This document shows, one piece after another, positions 39,922-50,784 of a stretch of DNA of 64,000 nucleotides. The position numbers were made by a program, and so were the translations under genes. The notes under the pieces are model-generated. The model did no database searches. It saw only the letters and a program-made list of their open reading frames with translations, and was not told the origin of the DNA. Each line of letters starts with the position of its first letter. Positions within the stretch are counted from its first letter, which is position 1. Location: positions 4,905 through 68,904 of the forward strand of contig JACQHB010000009.1 in assembly GCA_016199215.1 (NCBI GenBank). The letters run 5' to 3'. The stretch is from Candidatus Doudnabacteria bacterium (lineage in GTDB: Bacteria > Patescibacteriota > Doudnabacteria > UBA920 > O2-02-FULL-48-8).

Positions 39922-42900
39922 ATGGTTTTTAAAGGAAAAACGGCTAATTTAAGCCTAAATTTGACGAAAAAAGAACCGAAGCAGGCTGGCCGAAAATTTT
40001 TTACATCTTTTCGAGAAGTCATGAACATGCCGCACTTGATTGAGGCTCAACTTGCCTCATACAAGTGGTTTTTGGAAAAGGGGCTTAAGGAATTATTTGA
40101 GGAAATCAACTCCATAAAGGATTTCACCGGCAAGAACCTGGAGTTGTTTTTTCAGGATTATTATCTAGATAAGCCTAAATACGACGAAAAGACAGCCAAG
40201 GAGAGGAATACCACCTTCGAAGCACCTCTCTACGTTTCGGTTAAATTAGTCAATAAGGTCACCAATAAGACCAAGACCCAGGATGTTTACTTGGGTGATT
40301 TCCCCTTGATGACGCCGAGGGGCACTTTTGTAATTAACGGCGTTGAACGGGTCGTGGTTTCCCAGCTGGTCAAATCACCGGGCGCGTTTTTTACTGGGGA
40401 AACCTCCCGCGGCAGAAATTGGTATGGAGCCAAGATTATTCCCAACCGAGGCGCTTGGCTTGAAATTGAAACCGACATCAACGGGGTGTTGTCCGTGAAA
40501 ATCGACCGGAAACGGAGGATTCCCGTTACCGCGCTGCTTCGAGTTTTTAAATTTGAGTCGGATGAAGAGATCCTTTCTGCTTTTGCCGATGTCGATACCA
40601 ATCCCGACAGCCGATATATTCAGAATACTTTAGAAAAAGATCCTTCCAAAACCATTGACGAGGGGTTTAAGGAAGTTTATAAGCGCATCCGTCCAGGCGA
40701 TTTGGCAACAGTGGACAATGCCAAGTCTTTAATCGAAGCCATGTTTTTCCACGCTGACCGTTATGATTTATCAGAAGTCGGCCGCTACAAGCTTAATCAG
40801 CGATTGAACATAGTCGGCCGTGAAGAAAAGATTCTGACCAAACAGGATTTGGTGGATATTATTAAAGAAATCATCAAGCTGAACAACACCCAAGGGCCCT
40901 GGGACGATATTGATCACTTGGCAAACAGGCGGATCAAGGCCGTCGGCGAGTTGATTCAGGGGAAATTCAGGGTCGGGCTCGCCAGGATGAGCAGGATTGC
41001 CAAGGATCGCATGAGCCTGGCAGATATTGAAACAGTTACCCCCGCCCAGTTAATCCATGTCCGCCCGATTGTTGCCGTGATCCAAGAGTTTTTTTCTTCT
41101 TCCCAGCTTTCCCAATTCATGGACCAGACTAATCCCCTGGCCGAACTTGAGCATAAGCGCAGGCTTTCTGCCATGGGTCCAGGCGGCTTGTCTCGTGAGC
41201 GCGCCGGATTCGAAGTCCGTGACGTGCACCGCAGCCATTATGGCCGTCTTTGCCCGATTACCACGCCTGAAGGCCCAAACATCGGGTTGGTTGCGCATTT
41301 GGCAAGCTATGCAAGAATCAACGAATTTGGGTTTATCGAAACTCCTTACCGAAAAGTCAAAAAACTGGTTGCAAACGACGGGAAACAAGCGATCGGCCTT
41401 ATCGGAAGGGTTGATCTTAAAGACGAGAACGGTGGAATTGTTGTTCCCGCCGGGAGTCAGATTGGCAAGGAACAAGCAATCAGAATTGCAAACAATAAGT
41501 CCCTGCTTCAAGTCCCAACCAAACCTACGGTTACTGACGAGATTGAATATCTTGATGCTTATGAGGAAGAAGACGTGGTTATTGCCCAGGCCAATGTGGC
41601 AGTTGATGACCGCGACTATTTTGTAGATGAGAGAACTTCGGTTAGGGTGCACGCCGAACCTTCGATTGCTTCAACTGACGAGATTGATTATGTTGAAGTT
41701 TCGCCCAAGCAGATTATTTCCGTTACCACTTCCTTAATTCCTTTTTTGGAGCACGACGATGCCAACCGCGCCTTGATGGGATCGAACATGCAGAGGCAGG
41801 CTGTGTCCTGCATTAAGCCTGATGCCCCGGTTGTTGGCACTGGCGTTGAAAGGAAAGCGGCTTATGATTCGGGACAGGTCGTCATCGCCGAAAATGAAGG
41901 GACCGTGAGTTCAGTCAGCGGCGATAAAATAGTGATTTTGGAAAAAAATGGGAAAAAGAAAGAGTATTCTTTACAAAAATTTATCCGATCCAATACCTCC
42001 ACGTCCATCAACCAGCATCCGATTGTTAAAAAAGGCCAGGAGGTCAAAGCAGGGGAAGCGATCGCGGATGGCGCGGCGATTGATAACGGAGAATTGGCAT
42101 TGGGGCAGAATATGTTAGTGGCTTTTATGTCTTGGGAAGGCGGCAATTATGAGGACGCGATTTTAATCTCCTCCCGAATAGTGGAAAACGACCGCTATTC
42201 ATCGATCCACATTGAAGATTTTAAAGTGGACGTGCGGGATACGAAGCTTGGACCGGAAATCATCACTCGCGATATTCCAAACGTCGGCGAGGAAAAGCTT
42301 AAGGATTTGGACGAGAACGGGGTTATCCGAATTGGCGCCCAAGTCAAGGCTGGCGATATTTTGGTTGGGAAGATCACTCCAAAGGGAGAGACCGACTTAA
42401 CCGCCGAAGAAAAACTTCTGCGCGTGATTTTTGGCGAAAAATCACGCGACGTCAAAGATACTTCCCTAACCTTGCCGCATGGAGAGTACGGCAAAGTGGT
42501 TCATATCAGGGAATTTTCCAGGGAGCAGGGGGACAAACTTCCTTCTGGCGTGATTAAGTCTATTCAAGTTTCCGTAGCAGTGCTGCGTAAAATTCAGGTG
42601 GGAGACAAAATGGCCGGACGGCACGGCAATAAAGGGGTTATTTCCCAGGTGATTCCGCTTGAGAACATGCCGTTTATGTCCGATGGCACGCCGGTGGATA
42701 TTATTTTAAATCCTTTGGGAGTTGCTTCCCGTATGAATATAGGACAGATTTTGGAAACCCATTTGGGACTGGCCGCCAAGAAACTCGGCTACACAGTTGC
42801 TTCTCCTGCCTTGGACGGAGTGCCGGAAGAAGTGATCAAGCAGGAGCTTGCTCGCGCCGGATACCCGGAAGACGGCAAAGTAGTTTTGTTCGACGGCAAG

Positions 42901-43431
42901 TCAGGCGAGCAGTTTGCGGAAAAAGTCACAGTGGGGATTATTTACATGCTTAAACTGCATCATTTAGTGGACGACAAGATGCACGCCCGTTCCACCGGGC
43001 CTTACTCTTTGATTACCCAGCAGCCCTTGGGCGGCAAAGCCCAATTTGGCGGACAGCGGTTCGGAGAAATGGAAGTCTGGGCCTTGGAAGGCTATGGAGC
43101 GGCTCATACTCTGCAGGAAATGCTAACCATCAAATCCGATGACGTGGTTGGCCGGGCAAAGACTTACGAATCGATTGTCAAAGGCGAGGCGATTAAAAAG
43201 CCAAACGTGCCAGAGTCGTTCCGGGTTCTGGTTAAAGAATTAGAATCTCTTTGTTTGAACGTGGAACTGGTCGGGCAAAAATTAGCAGAGGATGCGGCAG
43301 GGGAGATCCGCGAGCTTGCCACGACTGACGAAAAGTTGCCTGAACTGGAACCAGTGGCGGCTGACAGCGATAAAGGAAAAAAGAAGTCCGCCAAAGGCGG
43401 ATCCGCCTCCGGCGGAAAAGGGAAGAAATAA
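39922..43431 (+). CDS. rpoB: DNA-directed RNA polymerase subunit beta
   Basis: N-terminal [20 protein letters not shown], then a Rif-cluster region, then the catalytic ...NMQRQAV..., [14 protein letters not shown]; 1169 aa. Confidence 0.95.
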   Translation: MVFKGKTANLSLNLTKKEPKQAGRKFFTSFREVMNMPHLIEAQLASYKWFLEKGLKELFEEINSIKDFTGKNLELFFQDYYLDKPKYDEKTAKERNTTFEAPLYVSVKLVNKVTNKTKTQDVYLGDFPLMTPRGTFVINGVERVVVSQLVKSPGAFFTGETSRGRNWYGAKIIPNRGAWLEIETDINGVLSVKIDRKRRIPVTALLRVFKFESDEEILSAFADVDTNPDSRYIQNTLEKDPSKTIDEGFKEVYKRIRPGDLATVDNAKSLIEAMFFHADRYDLSEVGRYKLNQRLNIVGREEKILTKQDLVDIIKEIIKLNNTQGPWDDIDHLANRRIKAVGELIQGKFRVGLARMSRIAKDRMSLADIETVTPAQLIHVRPIVAVIQEFFSSSQLSQFMDQTNPLAELEHKRRLSAMGPGGLSRERAGFEVRDVHRSHYGRLCPITTPEGPNIGLVAHLASYARINEFGFIETPYRKVKKLVANDGKQAIGLIGRVDLKDENGGIVVPAGSQIGKEQAIRIANNKSLLQVPTKPTVTDEIEYLDAYEEEDVVIAQANVAVDDRDYFVDERTSVRVHAEPSIASTDEIDYVEVSPKQIISVTTSLIPFLEHDDANRALMGSNMQRQAVSCIKPDAPVVGTGVERKAAYDSGQVVIAENEGTVSSVSGDKIVILEKNGKKKEYSLQKFIRSNTSTSINQHPIVKKGQEVKAGEAIADGAAIDNGELALGQNMLVAFMSWEGGNYEDAILISSRIVENDRYSSIHIEDFKVDVRDTKLGPEIITRDIPNVGEEKLKDLDENGVIRIGAQVKAGDILVGKITPKGETDLTAEEKLLRVIFGEKSRDVKDTSLTLPHGEYGKVVHIREFSREQGDKLPSGVIKSIQVSVAVLRKIQVGDKMAGRHGNKGVISQVIPLENMPFMSDGTPVDIILNPLGVASRMNIGQILETHLGLAAKKLGYTVASPALDGVPEEVIKQELARAGYPEDGKVVLFDGKSGEQFAEKVTVGIIYMLKLHHLVDDKMHARSTGPYSLITQQPLGGKAQFGGQRFGEMEVWALEGYGAAHTLQEMLTIKSDDVVGRAKTYESIVKGEAIKKPNVPESFRVLVKELESLCLNVELVGQKLAEDAAGEIRELATTDEKLPELEPVAADSDKGKKKSAKGGSASGGKGKK

Positions 43432-43433
43432 TT

Positions 43434-46400
43434 ATGGTAACTCAGACTGAAGAATTCAAGGCTGTCAGGCTCAAGCTTGCTTCCCCGCAGGATATTTTGA
43501 ACTGGTCGTATGGAGAAGTGACCAAGCCGGAAACAATCAACTATCGGACCCAGCGCCCGGAGAAAGATGGATTATTTGATGAGAAAATTTTTGGCCCGAT
43601 CAAAGACTGGGAGTGCTACTGCGGCAAATATAAGCGGATCCGCTATAAGGGGATCATTTGCGACAAGTGCGGAGTCGAAGTAACCCGCGCGTCAGTCCGG
43701 CGTGAGCGCATGGGCCACATCAAGCTGGCCGCGCCCGTGGCGCACATCTGGTTTTTGCGGGGAGTTCCTTCCCGCCTCGGCTTGGTTTTGGATTTGTCAG
43801 TGCAGGAGCTGGAAAAGGTGGTTTATTTCGCGGCATATATTATCACCAGCGTGGATGAAGATGCCCGGGCGGCTACGGTTGAGCAAATCGAGCGGGAATT
43901 TAAGAATAAGAAAAAAGAAATTGAAACCCGGTACGAAACTCTGATCAATCAGGCTAAGGGCAAGGTTAAGGCCGACGAAGAAAATTCGGAAGTTTTGAGG
44001 CTTGCTGAATTAAGCCAAAAAGAAAGCGAGCATTTGGAGTCAATTAGGGATTTGGCCAGATCAGAATTAAAAAGCATCAAAAAGTACCAGATTATTTCCG
44101 AATTGGAATACCGCGATTTGTCGTTGAAGTACGGACCTGTGTTCCAAGCAGGCATTGGCGCTGCCGCGATTGAACAGCTGGTGTCCGAAGTGGATTTGGA
44201 AGAGAAATTTAACGAGCTGCAGCGCGAGATGGCCACCGCGGAAGGGGTAAATAAGAGAAAAATCGTTCGAAGGCTGAAATTATTCAAATCTATGATTAGG
44301 GCACCGATCCGACCCGAGTGGATGATTATTTCAAATCTTCCGGTGATCCCACCTGATTTGCGGCCAATGGTGCAATTAGACGGCGGACGTTTTGCGGCTT
44401 CTGATTTGAACGACTTATATAGGCGCGTAATCAACCGCAACAATCGGCTGAAAAAACTTTTGGAAATCGGGGCGCCTGAAGTCATTACCAGAAACGAAAA
44501 GCGTATGCTGCAGGAGGCTGTGGACGCCTTAATCGATAATTCTATTAGACATGGTAAGGAAGTGACCGCCTCTACTGGCCAGAAGCGCAAATTGCGCTCT
44601 TTGGCTGACATGCTCAAGGGCAAGCAGGGCCGGTTCCGTCAAAATTTGCTGGGCAAACGTGTCGATTATTCAGGGCGGTCAGTGATCGTGGGCGGACCTA
44701 ACCTCAAGCTGCACCAGTGCGGATTGCCGAAGAAAATGGCATTAGAATTGTTCAAGCCGTTTGTCATTTCCAAATTGATTGGCCGGGAATATGCCCACAA
44801 TGTCAGATCGGCAAACCGCCTGATCGAACAGGGGATTACTGTTGTTTACGATATTTTGGAAGAAGTCACACGAGAGCATTATGTTTTGCTTAACCGCGCG
44901 CCGACTCTTCACCGCTTGGGCTTCCAGGCTTTCCTTCCGGTATTGATTGAAGGTAAGGCCATCCAGATCCATCCTTTAGTGTGTCCTGCTTTTAATGCGG
45001 ACTTTGACGGCGATCAGATGGCTGTGCACGTTTCATTGACCGCTCCCGCGCAGGAAGAGGCCAAGAACATCATGTTGTCCAGTAAAAACCTGCTGAAGCC
45101 CGCTTCCGGTGAGCCGATCATGGGCCCTAACCAGGACATGGTTTTGGGTTGTTACTGGTTGACCCGGATTCACCCTAACCAAAAAGGAGAAGGCAAGATT
45201 TTCGGAAGCGCTGAGGAGGCAATCTTGGCTTATAAATCAAATGCGGTTTCGCTTAAAGCCAAAGTAAAAATCAGGTTAGGCGAAGCATGGGGAAATAAGG
45301 GGTTAATCGAAACCTGCGTTGGCCGAGTCTTGTTCAATGAAGTCCTGCCAATCGAAATGCGTTTTGTCAACGATGTAATGGATAAAAAAAGCCTGCAGAA
45401 AGTGGTCCAGATTTGCTACCGTGATTATGGGATTGACCGGACCGCGACTTTGCTTGACGACATTAAGCGCATCGGCTTCCATTATGTGACCAAATCGGGT
45501 ATTTCCTGGGGGATGGATGATCTGCGGGTTCCGGAAATCAAGGCCGAACTGCTGCGAAAGGCTGACGAGGAAGTACTCAAATCTTTCGAGCAATTCCAGC
45601 AAGGGCTGCTGACTGCCCAGGAGCGGTCAAACCGGGTAATTGAAATTTGGGCGGAAGTCAGAGACAAAATTACTGAAGCCATAACCACTACTTTGGACGA
45701 ATTCGGCACGGTTTATCAGATGGTTAATTCCGGAGCCAGAGGTTCTGTGTCGCAGATCGCCCAAATGGCCGGCATGAAAGGTTTGGTCACCAACCCTGCC
45801 GGGGACGTGATCGAATTGCCTGCCAGAGATTCTTTCAAAGAAGGCTTGAACATTTTGGAATATTTCATCTCCACCCACGGCTCCCGAAAAGGTATGACTG
45901 ACACAGCGCTTAGAACCGCGGATGCCGGGTATCTAACCAGAAGACTGGTGGACGTTGCCCAGGACATTGTGGTAAACGCTGATGACTGCGGCGTTGCAGA
46001 CGGCCGTTTAATTACCCGGGCTTCTTCCGAGGCTTTAGGCCGTCCGCTTGCCCGAAGAATTTTTGGCCGGGCCTTAGCCAAAGACATTAAAGGTCCGGAC
46101 GGCAAGATTATTGCATCGGCCGGGGAGTTTATTGATGACAGGTTGGCTGAAAAAATTGACAAGTCTGGAGTGTCAGAAGTTGAAGTCAGGACTGTTCTTC
46201 GATGCACTTTAACCAGAGGGGTCTGCGCAAGATGCTACGGCTATGATTTGGGCTTTAATAAGCCGGTGGAATTAGGCGCGGCAGTCGGCATTGTGGCGGC
46301 TCAGGCAATTGGAGAACCGGGCACGCAGCTGACCATGAGAACTTTCCACACCGGCGGGATTGCCGGTTTGGACATCACTCAAGGTTTGCCCAGAGTCGAG

Positions 46401-47288
46401 GAATTGCTGGAAGCTCGCGAGCCTAAGGGACAGGCAGCAATCTCCGAGATTGATGGATTTGTCGCATCGGTAAAAAGCAGCAGCAAAGAATTGGTCATCA
46501 GAGTTGAAGCCAAGGATCTTGCCAAAGATGAATACGTTCTTCCGTCCGCCCAAAATCTTCAGTTAAAGGAAGGGGAAACCGTCAATGAGGGAGACCCATT
46601 GTTTATCGACGTGAAAGGAGAGACCATCCGAGCCAAGAACGCGGGAATTGTGCGAGTTGAGAGGAACAAACTCACCGTGATCCGCGAAGCCGAAAATTTC
46701 AAAGAATATTCAGTGCCGGCCGGGCTTGGTTCTATTGTCAAAGAAGGCGATTTGGTGGCCAAAGGCCAGCCTCTGACCGAAGGCAACCTCAACCTCAATC
46801 AAATATTTGGGCTTAACGGGATTGGAGCCTGCCAGGATTACTTGATAGCGGAAGTGCAGGAGATTTATGCTTCCCAGGGACAGAACGTAAATGAAAAGCA
46901 TATTGAAATTATTGTCAGGCAAATGTTTTCCAAGGTCCGAGTCACAGAATCCGGCAACACCGACTTATTGATGGGAGATATCATTGATAAATCAAGGATG
47001 GCCATGTCGAACAAGGCCTTGCAAGCAAATGCCAAACCGGCTGAAGCCGAACAGCTTCTTATGGGCATTACCAAATCTTCCCTGAACACGGAATCGTTTC
47101 TGGCAGCTGCTTCTTTCCAAGAAACCACAAGGGTACTGATTGAAGCCGCGGTTTCGGCAAAGACAGATTATTTGCGCGGATTGAAAGAAAACGTGATTAT
47201 CGGTAAACTGATTCCGGCAGGAACCGGCTATCGTCAGGAAGCGCTTGCGGAAAAAGAAGCAGACGAAGTCGCGGACAGCAGCCGGTAA
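43434..47288 (+). CDS. rpoC: DNA-directed RNA polymerase subunit beta'
   Basis: Zinc finger (CYCGKYKRIRYKGIICDKCGVEV), NADFDGDQMAVHV catalytic loop, trigger loop; 1284 aa, start-stop coupled to rpoB. Confidence 0.95.
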   Translation: MVTQTEEFKAVRLKLASPQDILNWSYGEVTKPETINYRTQRPEKDGLFDEKIFGPIKDWECYCGKYKRIRYKGIICDKCGVEVTRASVRRERMGHIKLAAPVAHIWFLRGVPSRLGLVLDLSVQELEKVVYFAAYIITSVDEDARAATVEQIEREFKNKKKEIETRYETLINQAKGKVKADEENSEVLRLAELSQKESEHLESIRDLARSELKSIKKYQIISELEYRDLSLKYGPVFQAGIGAAAIEQLVSEVDLEEKFNELQREMATAEGVNKRKIVRRLKLFKSMIRAPIRPEWMIISNLPVIPPDLRPMVQLDGGRFAASDLNDLYRRVINRNNRLKKLLEIGAPEVITRNEKRMLQEAVDALIDNSIRHGKEVTASTGQKRKLRSLADMLKGKQGRFRQNLLGKRVDYSGRSVIVGGPNLKLHQCGLPKKMALELFKPFVISKLIGREYAHNVRSANRLIEQGITVVYDILEEVTREHYVLLNRAPTLHRLGFQAFLPVLIEGKAIQIHPLVCPAFNADFDGDQMAVHVSLTAPAQEEAKNIMLSSKNLLKPASGEPIMGPNQDMVLGCYWLTRIHPNQKGEGKIFGSAEEAILAYKSNAVSLKAKVKIRLGEAWGNKGLIETCVGRVLFNEVLPIEMRFVNDVMDKKSLQKVVQICYRDYGIDRTATLLDDIKRIGFHYVTKSGISWGMDDLRVPEIKAELLRKADEEVLKSFEQFQQGLLTAQERSNRVIEIWAEVRDKITEAITTTLDEFGTVYQMVNSGARGSVSQIAQMAGMKGLVTNPAGDVIELPARDSFKEGLNILEYFISTHGSRKGMTDTALRTADAGYLTRRLVDVAQDIVVNADDCGVADGRLITRASSEALGRPLARRIFGRALAKDIKGPDGKIIASAGEFIDDRLAEKIDKSGVSEVEVRTVLRCTLTRGVCARCYGYDLGFNKPVELGAAVGIVAAQAIGEPGTQLTMRTFHTGGIAGLDITQGLPRVEELLEAREPKGQAAISEIDGFVASVKSSSKELVIRVEAKDLAKDEYVLPSAQNLQLKEGETVNEGDPLFIDVKGETIRAKNAGIVRVERNKLTVIREAENFKEYSVPAGLGSIVKEGDLVAKGQPLTEGNLNLNQIFGLNGIGACQDYLIAEVQEIYASQGQNVNEKHIEIIVRQMFSKVRVTESGNTDLLMGDIIDKSRMAMSNKALQANAKPAEAEQLLMGITKSSLNTESFLAAASFQETTRVLIEAAVSAKTDYLRGLKENVIIGKLIPAGTGYRQEALAEKEADEVADSSR

Positions 47289-47296
47289 ATTTGAAT

Positions 47297-47326
47297 TAAA
47301 AAAAGAGCCTTAAAGGCTCTTTTTTG
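47297..47326. terminator. bidirectional intrinsic terminator between rpoC (+) and valS (-)
   Basis: Hairpin aaaaaagagcctt-aaa-ggctctttttt; the stem overlaps the last codons and stop of valS. Confidence 0.65.
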
Positions 47327-49463
47327 TTGGGTTTTTTCTTGCTGTCTTAATCGGCCATTTTCGGACCATTAGAAGATCTTTATGCTCAAGTTGCCAGACA
47401 GCTTCCGTCACAAAAGGCATAAAGGGATGAAGCATCACAAGGGAATCGTTTAAAATTTCATTCAGAAGCCTTTGCGCTGACGTGCGAAGTTTTGGCTCGG
47501 CTAATTTGGCCTTTGATTCTTCAATGATTTTATCCGCGAATGTGTGCCAGAAGTAGTGGTAGAGATCTTCAGCGGCGTGGGCAAAATCGAATTTCTCCAT
47601 TTTTTTAGTGACATTCCTGGCAAACTCCTCAAATTCGGAGAGGGTTTTTTTGTCTGCTTCGTTAAGTTTGGCCTGTTCGTCCGCGTCATACGAACTTTGG
47701 ATTACAAAACGTGAGGCATTCCATATTTTGTTGGCAAAATTACGGTAGCCCTTCACTTTCATCTCATCGTATTTGCTGTCATTGCCAGGACCGACCCCGA
47801 CTACCAAAGCCATGCGCAGGGCATCAGCTCCGTATTTATCAATTACTTCCACTGGGTCGATTCCATTGTCCAAGGATTTGCTGAACTTGCGGCCTTGAAT
47901 ATCGCGGACGATCCCGTGGAGGTAAACAGTTTTGAACGGAATTTCTTCAAGCAGAAAAGTGCTCATCAGGATCATGCGCGCAACCCAGAAGAACAGGATT
48001 TCATATCCGGGGGCCATGACATCTGTCGGGTGGAAGGCTTTGAGATCAGAAGTTTCCTTGGGCCAGCCAAGGGTTGAGAAGGTCCAAAGCGCTGAAGAAA
48101 ACCAGGTATCCAGGGTGTCTTCGTCCTGTTCCCAACCAGAATCTTTTGGAGATTCGACATCGCAGTAGATTTGGTCTCCTTTGTACCATACCGGGATCCT
48201 GTGGCCATACCAAAGTTGCCTGCTGATATTCCAATCCCGCAGATTGTCAATCCAGTGGAAATATATTTTTTCAAAGCGTTCAGGAAGGATTTTGATTTTG
48301 CCTGAAGCCACAGCGTCGTGCATGAGCTCTTTCAAACTTTTGACTTTTGACTTTTGGCTTTTGACTTTCTTCTTTACATCCACAAACCATTGCAGTTTTG
48401 GCAGGGGTTCGATAATCCCCCCGCTGCGCTCTGCCGTGGAAATGTTCATGTCTATTTTTTCGGTTTTTTCCAGCAGGCTTTGTTCGTTAAGCCAGCTGAC
48501 CACAATCTCCCGGGCTTCTTTGGTTTTTTTGCCGACTGCTAAGGATCCTGCCTGCTGGGTCATCTTGGCGTATTCATTGATGATTTGAATTGCCGGAAGA
48601 TTGTGCCGCTGCGCGATTTCGTAATCGGCAATGCTGTGAGCAGGAGTGACACCAACAGCGCCTGTGCCAAAGTCAGGATCTACAGTTTCATCAGCAACGA
48701 TTTTAAGATGAAGTTTGGCTCCGGCAAATTCCAGATCAAACTCTTGCCCGACATAAGCTTTATACCGCTTGTCCTTTGGGTGAACAGCTACGGCAGTATC
48801 CCCAAGTTTTGTTTCAGGTCTAGTAGTGGCAATTGTAATTGGGAAATCTTTGGAGTATTTAAAATAAAACAGTTGTCCCAATTCTTGCTTGTAAACCACT
48901 TCATCATCAGAAACCGCAGTCTGTCCTTTCGGATCCCAGTTGATTACCCTGATTCCGCGGTAGATAAGCCCGGCGTCAAACATCCGTTTGAAGGCCGTGC
49001 GAACAGCCAAGTTTCTGGTTTCATCAAAAGTGAATGCTTCGCGGCTCCAATCAGCAGACGCTCCAACTTTCCGCAACTGATTTTGGATTGTGCCCCGACT
49101 TGCCGCGACAAATTCTTCAACTTTTGCAATAAACGCTTCCCTCCCAATATCATGCCGGTTTTTGCCTTCCTCTTTGGTTAGAATTTTTTCCACCTTTGTG
49201 TTTGTGGCAATTGCCGCATGGTCGGTCCCAGGGAGCCATAATGCTTTTTCGCCTTTCATCCGATGATATCTGATCATGATATCTTGGATGGAGGATTCAA
49301 AAGCATGGCCAATGTGCAAAGTCCCCGTGGCATTCGGCGGGGGCATCATTATGGCAAAAGGCTTTCCAGAAAGATTGTCTGGATTAAAATATCCGGACAT
49401 CTCCCATATTTTATAAATGTCGGGTTCTTTTTTTTGATCGTAAGTTGTTGTAATTTCTTTCAT
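47310..49463 (-). CDS. valS: valine--tRNA ligase (short form, C-terminal coiled coil absent)
   Basis: PPPNATGTLHIGHAFESSIQDIMIRYHRMKGEKALWLPGTDHAAIA matches ValRS specifically; KMSKS-type motif KFSKSL; 717 aa. Confidence 0.8.
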   Translation of the reverse strand: MKEITTTYDQKKEPDIYKIWEMSGYFNPDNLSGKPFAIMMPPPNATGTLHIGHAFESSIQDIMIRYHRMKGEKALWLPGTDHAAIATNTKVEKILTKEEGKNRHDIGREAFIAKVEEFVAASRGTIQNQLRKVGASADWSREAFTFDETRNLAVRTAFKRMFDAGLIYRGIRVINWDPKGQTAVSDDEVVYKQELGQLFYFKYSKDFPITIATTRPETKLGDTAVAVHPKDKRYKAYVGQEFDLEFAGAKLHLKIVADETVDPDFGTGAVGVTPAHSIADYEIAQRHNLPAIQIINEYAKMTQQAGSLAVGKKTKEAREIVVSWLNEQSLLEKTEKIDMNISTAERSGGIIEPLPKLQWFVDVKKKVKSQKSKVKSLKELMHDAVASGKIKILPERFEKIYFHWIDNLRDWNISRQLWYGHRIPVWYKGDQIYCDVESPKDSGWEQDEDTLDTWFSSALWTFSTLGWPKETSDLKAFHPTDVMAPGYEILFFWVARMILMSTFLLEEIPFKTVYLHGIVRDIQGRKFSKSLDNGIDPVEVIDKYGADALRMALVVGVGPGNDSKYDEMKVKGYRNFANKIWNASRFVIQSSYDADEQAKLNEADKKTLSEFEEFARNVTKKMEKFDFAHAAEDLYHYFWHTFADKIIEESKAKLAEPKLRTSAQRLLNEILNDSLVMLHPFMPFVTEAVWQLEHKDLLMVRKWPIKTARKNPTKKSL

Positions 49464-49806
49464 CGGCGTTGCGCTTTCTTCTTCCTATTTACTAAAAAAG
49501 AGGGTCCCTAAAGGGATGCCTCAAGAGTCCACTGCGGACGGTTCCATCTTGATTCCTTGCTCTTTTCTGTTATAATTATAAACCCACTAAGGGCAAGGCT
49601 CTTAATTGCGCAAGATAACGGATTGCGTCCGGCAGGGTCTATTAATAGCTTAATTTGGCCATATTCTTCCTGCAGCGCCGTAAAATACGGAAACAAAGTG
49701 ACAGCTTTGTAATTCGCTTTTGCTGATTGAAAAATCCGTTTTAAGTATAGTTAAAGCCGATCTTTCAGTCAAACAAAAACCAACATCTAACCAGTGAGGA
49801 GGACAC

Positions 49807-50784
49807 ATGGCGAAGAATGTTGTCACCAGCCCTTTTCATTGGCGAAGGGCATTCCAGAGGGTTCGAGAACGGTTCGGCTTGAGTTCTTGGCAAATCGTGG
49901 CTCTGCATGAGATATTCGATGAGCTGGAAGAAACTGAGAGGCAGGAGAGAAATCAGGACCTGGACAACGAGCGCGCTCGCATTAATCTTGAGCATGAGGA
50001 AGCATTCCAAAAGCTCCAAGAGATTTTGTCGGGCCTGTTTTTAAGCTTCGAGCGGCAAACTGTAGACCTGTCGAAGGAAAGGGAAGAGAACATCGCCCTG
50101 AATAGGATTCTCGACCAGAAAGTGCGCGAGAATCAGGTTCTGCGGAAACTGATAAATCGGTATGATCAGGACCGAATTTCGAAGCTCCACACGCTCGGAA
50201 TCACGCGCCAGGCTTGCGAGGAATACATTGTCGACCCAAACGTCGCGTCGTTGCTCCTGGTATTCCTGGATGTCAACGACTTCAAGAGTAGGATCAACTT
50301 CGAGTTCGGAAGGCCGGTTGGGACTCAGGTGATCAGGGCAGTCGGCAGGATGATCGGCCAGCTGACGCGGGGAATCGACGTAAAAGGCAGGACCATTTCA
50401 GAGCCGGGTTCCTTGAACGCATCACGCTGGGGAGGCGACGAATTCGTTATCATCGCCCCGCTCAAGTCCGAAGACCTTCCGTTTCAGTTGATCCGAAGGA
50501 TACGGGATCACCTCGAAGACCCAGAGTATCAGGCCAATTGTGGCGTGTCGTTACCGTTTAGCTTGAGGTTCTCTATCGGCGCTGTACACTATATCCTGCC
50601 TAAGGATCGGTACGCTTTGCCGCCAGAGACGCAATATGACAAGTTGATAGACGCGGCTGATGCGCTTACTGATGTTTCCAAGGAAAAAAAGCCGGACACT
50701 CACACTTGCCTGCTGCGGGCCAGGCTTGAGCGGGAAGACGATGGGGAGTTGGACCTGGCGGGGACACTCGTCACTTTTACATAG
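49807..50784 (+). CDS. GGDEF-domain protein (putative diguanylate cyclase) with an N-terminal coiled-coil region
   Basis: ...LLLVFLDVNDFKSRINFEFG..., ...RWGGDEFVIIAP..., ...SIGAV... GGDEF-domain motifs with an intact GGDEF box. The gene is GC-richer than its neighbours. Confidence 0.7.
   Translation: MAKNVVTSPFHWRRAFQRVRERFGLSSWQIVALHEIFDELEETERQERNQDLDNERARINLEHEEAFQKLQEILSGLFLSFERQTVDLSKEREENIALNRILDQKVRENQVLRKLINRYDQDRISKLHTLGITRQACEEYIVDPNVASLLLVFLDVNDFKSRINFEFGRPVGTQVIRAVGRMIGQLTRGIDVKGRTISEPGSLNASRWGGDEFVIIAPLKSEDLPFQLIRRIRDHLEDPEYQANCGVSLPFSLRFSIGAVHYILPKDRYALPPETQYDKLIDAADALTDVSKEKKPDTHTCLLRARLEREDDGELDLAGTLVTFT

Noticed and set aside
49464-49806. Possible T-box or other riboswitch leader upstream of valS (minus strand)
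   Set aside because: I could not find the T-box consensus (AGGGTGGNACCGCG), a specifier loop or an antiterminator arrangement. Only generic hairpins are present. Treat as an ordinary leader unless a covariance-model search says otherwise.
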